This document shows, piece after piece, positions 21,601-24,000 of a stretch of 24,000 bases of DNA (position 1 is the first letter of the stretch; every line of letters begins with the position of its first letter). Location: assembly GCA_963702015.1 (NCBI GenBank), contig OY969698.1:1137935-1161934 (forward strand). The letters are read 5' to 3'. Origin of the DNA: an uncultured Planctomycetaceae bacterium. Lineage in GTDB: Bacteria; Planctomycetota; Planctomycetia; Pirellulales; PALSA-1355. The notes under the pieces were generated by a model, which saw nothing but the letters and a program-made list of their open reading frames with translations, did no database searches and was not told the DNA's origin. The position numbers and the translations under genes are program-made.

Positions 21601-21625
21601 GGCTACGCCAGCTGCGGCCGTAGCC
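21601..21625. repeat. Inverted repeat downstream of the epimerase gene
   Basis: GGCTACG...CGTAGCC with 11-nt loop ccagctgcggc. Confidence 0.6.
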
Positions 21626-21728
21626 GGCAGATCTTAGGGCCAGCTTAGTAGAAGGCCGGGGCGAAAGCAAATTCCGCCACCGCACTCGCGGCAGCGTAAT
21701 GCCGGCCGCGGCGGCATGGCCGGACGCC

Positions 21729-22479
21729 CTACAGCAAGCTTTCCAGCAGCAGGCGCAGTTTGCCGCATTTCGGCGGCGTGGTCGACTTCGGGCATTTCCC
21801 AGACCAGCACCGAGAGGGCCCGGTTGTAATGGACCGGGAGAGCTGGGTCACCAGCTTGCCGTATTCGATCAGCCCTTGCCCGATGCGGACTTGGAGCTTG
21901 TCCTTGGTCGTGTCGCGGAGTTGAACGTGGACCACGTGCTTGAGAACCTGGTCGTAGGAATCGCCGGCGTGGGGACCAAAAACGTAGTGGCTCGGGATCG
22001 AGCGTCAGGCCCAGCCCTTTGACGTTGTCGCACAAGACGACCGCGGTGTCGGGGTCTTGGGTGATGCGGCCGGTTTCGGTCTTCAGGCCGACGACCACTC
22101 CCTCGCGGCCGGCAATGGCCACCAGGCGTTTGAGCCGTTCGATCTCGGCATTGAAGGGGGTGCCCAACTCGCCCGCCGGAACGACCACGGCCACGACTTT
22201 GGTGGCCTTGGCCAGGCGGCAGCAGGAGGTGAACTGCTCGTAATAAAGCTCGCCTTCGGCGGTGATGTCGATGCTGTAGGCGGCGATCGTCAGCCGATAG
22301 GTCTCGCGGCAGGTAGCGATCGCTCGTTCCAGGTCGGCATGAACGGCCGACGGCTTGAGTTGCTTGCCGTTTTCGTGGATCGCGATTTCGACGCTGGTGT
22401 ATTCCAGATCGACCAGTCGCTGGAGCGCCGAATCCAACGACAAATCGGCAAAACACTCGGTCGAGGCGGCAACAAACAC
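21729..22479 (-). CDS. Sugar phosphate isomerase/epimerase (TIM-barrel, AP endonuclease 2-like), likely GTG start, frameshifted
   Basis: VFVAASTECFADLSLDSALQRLVDLEYTSVEIAIHENGKQLKPSAV; LTIAAYSIDITAEGELYYEQFTSCCRLAKATKVVAVVVPAGELGTPFNAEIERLKRLVAIAGREGVVVGLKTETGRITQDPDTAVVLCDNVKGLGLTLDP; HVVHVQLRDTTKDKLQVRIGQGLIEYGKLV. Confidence 0.85.
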
Positions 22480-22620
22480 GCGTGAACTCCTTTTCAATCC
22501 GTCGAAGGCCAGGGCTGTTTCGGAAGAGCCGAAAAGTCGCAACCTCTAGCTCTGGGCGGTCGTCGCGTCGGGCTAGCCAATCGCCAGGCGAAGCGAGCGG
22601 CCGCCAGCCCCCCGTCGAGC

Positions 22621-22634
22621 CTACGGCCGCGTAG
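22621..22634. repeat. Short inverted repeat upstream of the epimerase gene
   Basis: CTACG-GCCG-CGTAG. Confidence 0.5.
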
Positions 22635-22893
22635 TGGGAGGCAAGCGAAGCGGTCCGACAGGCAGCCGAGACGGTGGCTCCCGCTGGGGTCGCCCCCCGC
22701 TATTTGCCGGCAATTGTAGCTTATCGCCCCGGGGGATACCAGCCAAGGGGCCACCCCGTGCGGGGCGGCCGCAAATGCCGCCGGGAGGTCGAAAATCCGC
22801 ACTTAGTGCAGATCGGCGAAATCGGTTAAACTAACCGTGCCTGCTGACTCATGACGGTCGATGGCTCCTGTGAAGAATCGCTGGGGTGGGTGA

Positions 22894-24000
22894 ATGAATA
22901 GCGTGCTGGCTGTCGTTCTGGCAGGGGGAAAGGGATCGCGGCTGGAACCGCTCACGCGCGATCGGGCCAAGCCGGCGGTCCCGTTCGGCGGTTTCTACCG
23001 GATCATCGACTTCACGCTGTCGAACTGCCTGAATAGCGGCATCCGCAAGATGCTGGTCCTCACGCAGTACAAGGCGATGAGCCTGGACCGGCATATCAAC
23101 CTCGGCTGGCGACGGTTCTTGTGCCGCGAACTGGGCGAGTTCATCGACGTCGTCCCGCCGCAGCAGCGGATCGACGAACACTGGTATCAGGGAACGGCCG
23201 ACGCGGTCTATCAGAACATCTACACGCTGGAAAAAGAGCATCCCGAGTACGTGGTCATCCTGGCCGGCGACCACATCTACAAAATGGACTACTACAGCCT
23301 GGTCGAGTTCCACAAAGGACAACCGGGCCGATCTGACCGTGGCCACGCTGCGAGTGCAGGCCGACGAGTCGCGGCATTTTGGCGTGGTGCAAGTCGACAG
23401 CGAGCGGCGGATCATGGGATTCGAGGAAAAGCCAGCCGTCGGCAAGCCGATTCCCGGCGACCCGGAACACATCTTCGCCTCGATGGGCATCTATATCTTC
23501 ACGGCTCGCTTCCTGTTCGAGCAGTTGTGCATCGACGCGACGCGGCCCGGCAGCGTGCACGATTTTGGCCGCGACATCATTCCCTCGATCATCGACTCGC
23601 ACCGGGTGTTTGCGTTTCCGTTCCGCGACGAAAACCGCAAGCAGGACGCCTATTGGCGCGACGTGGGGACGCTGGACGCCTATTACGCGGCCAACATGGA
23701 TTTGATTTCGGTCGATCCGCTGTTGAACATGTACGACGAGCATTGGCCGATCCGCACCTATCACCCCAACTATCCGCCGCCGAAGTTCGTCTTTGCCGAG
23801 GAAGGCGCCCATCCTCGGCGCGGCTCGGCCCTGGACAGCATCATCTGCCAGGGAAGCATCCTGTCGGGCGGCCAGGTGGAGCGTTCGATCGTTGGCCCCA
23901 ACGTCCGGGTGAACAGCTACTCGCACGTCGAAGACTCGATCCTGCTGGAAGGGGTCGACATCGGCCGGCACTGCCGCGTCCGCCGGGCGATCATCGACAA
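22894..24000 (+). CDS. glgC: Glucose-1-phosphate adenylyltransferase, partial at window edge, one frameshift
   Basis: [72 protein letters not shown]...[35 protein letters not shown], then shifted frame [39 protein letters not shown]...[18 protein letters not shown]...[24 protein letters not shown] surplus G at about 23317-23318 explains the break. Confidence 0.96.
   Translation, partial: MNSVLAVVLAGGKGSRLEPLTRDRAKPAVPFGGFYRIIDFTLSNCLNSGIRKMLVLTQYKAMSLDRHINLGWRRFLCRELGEFIDVVPPQQRIDEHWYQGTADAVYQNIYTLEKEHPEYVVILAGDHIYKMDYYSLVEFHKGQPGRSDRGHAASAGRRVAAFWRGASRQRAADHGIRGKASRRQADSRRPGTHLRLDGHLYLHGSLPVRAVVHRRDAARQRARFWPRHHSLDHRLAPGVCVSVPRRKPQAGRLLARRGDAGRLLRGQHGFDFGRSAVEHVRRALADPHLSPQLSAAEVRLCRGRRPSSARLGPGQHHLPGKHPVGRPGGAFDRWPQRPGEQLLARRRLDPAGRGRHRPALPRPPGDHRQ

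Noticed and set aside
22849-23490. 213-aa minus-strand ORF near the right edge
   Set aside because: Antisense to glgC, which has unambiguous motifs in plus frames.
1-24000. CRISPR arrays, transposons, integrases, phage genes, defence islands, tRNA or rRNA genes
   Set aside because: No regularly spaced direct repeats, transposase/integrase motifs, or recognisable RNA gene cores were seen on manual inspection. A tRNAscan-SE, CRISPR-finder and DefenseFinder run would be needed to exclude subtle cases.

Overview
The window looks like a gene-dense, high-GC chromosomal segment. Protein style suggests a Planctomycetes/Pirellulales-like source, but this is inference only. Nearly every locus is a recognisable housekeeping, transport or cell-envelope gene whose reading frame is broken by small indels. 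I assembled calls by following conserved protein motifs across frames. Left to right: MacB/FtsX-like permease (-, partial), HlyD/MacA-like periplasmic adaptor with adjacent or fused EF-hands (-), TolC-like outer membrane factor (-), TrmH/SpoU-family RNA methyltransferase (+), TauE/SafE-family permease (-), tetratricopeptide-like membrane-anchored protein (+), RluA-family pseudouridine synthase (+), LmbE/PIG-L (BshB1-like) deacetylase (-), CobL (CbiE+CbiT) (-, intact), MEMO/AmmeMemoRadiSam-B-like protein with extra N-terminal module (-), WcaJ-like undecaprenyl-phosphate sugar transferase (-, intact), DUF1570-like secreted HExxH protein (-), ThrE-like exporter (+), type I phosphomannose isomerase (-), FG-GAP/VCBS repeat protein (-), sugar phosphate isomerase/epimerase (-), and GlgC (+, partial). 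I found no CRISPR array, transposase, integrase, rRNA, tRNA, toxin-antitoxin pair, reverse transcriptase or convincing defence cassette, and no strong candidate for a previously undescribed system. The best leads are the EF-hand module at the end of the efflux adaptor gene, the Gly/Ala/Pro-rich insert with a perfect 20-bp palindrome in the TolC-like gene, the N-terminal module on the MEMO-like protein, and small intergenic hairpins.
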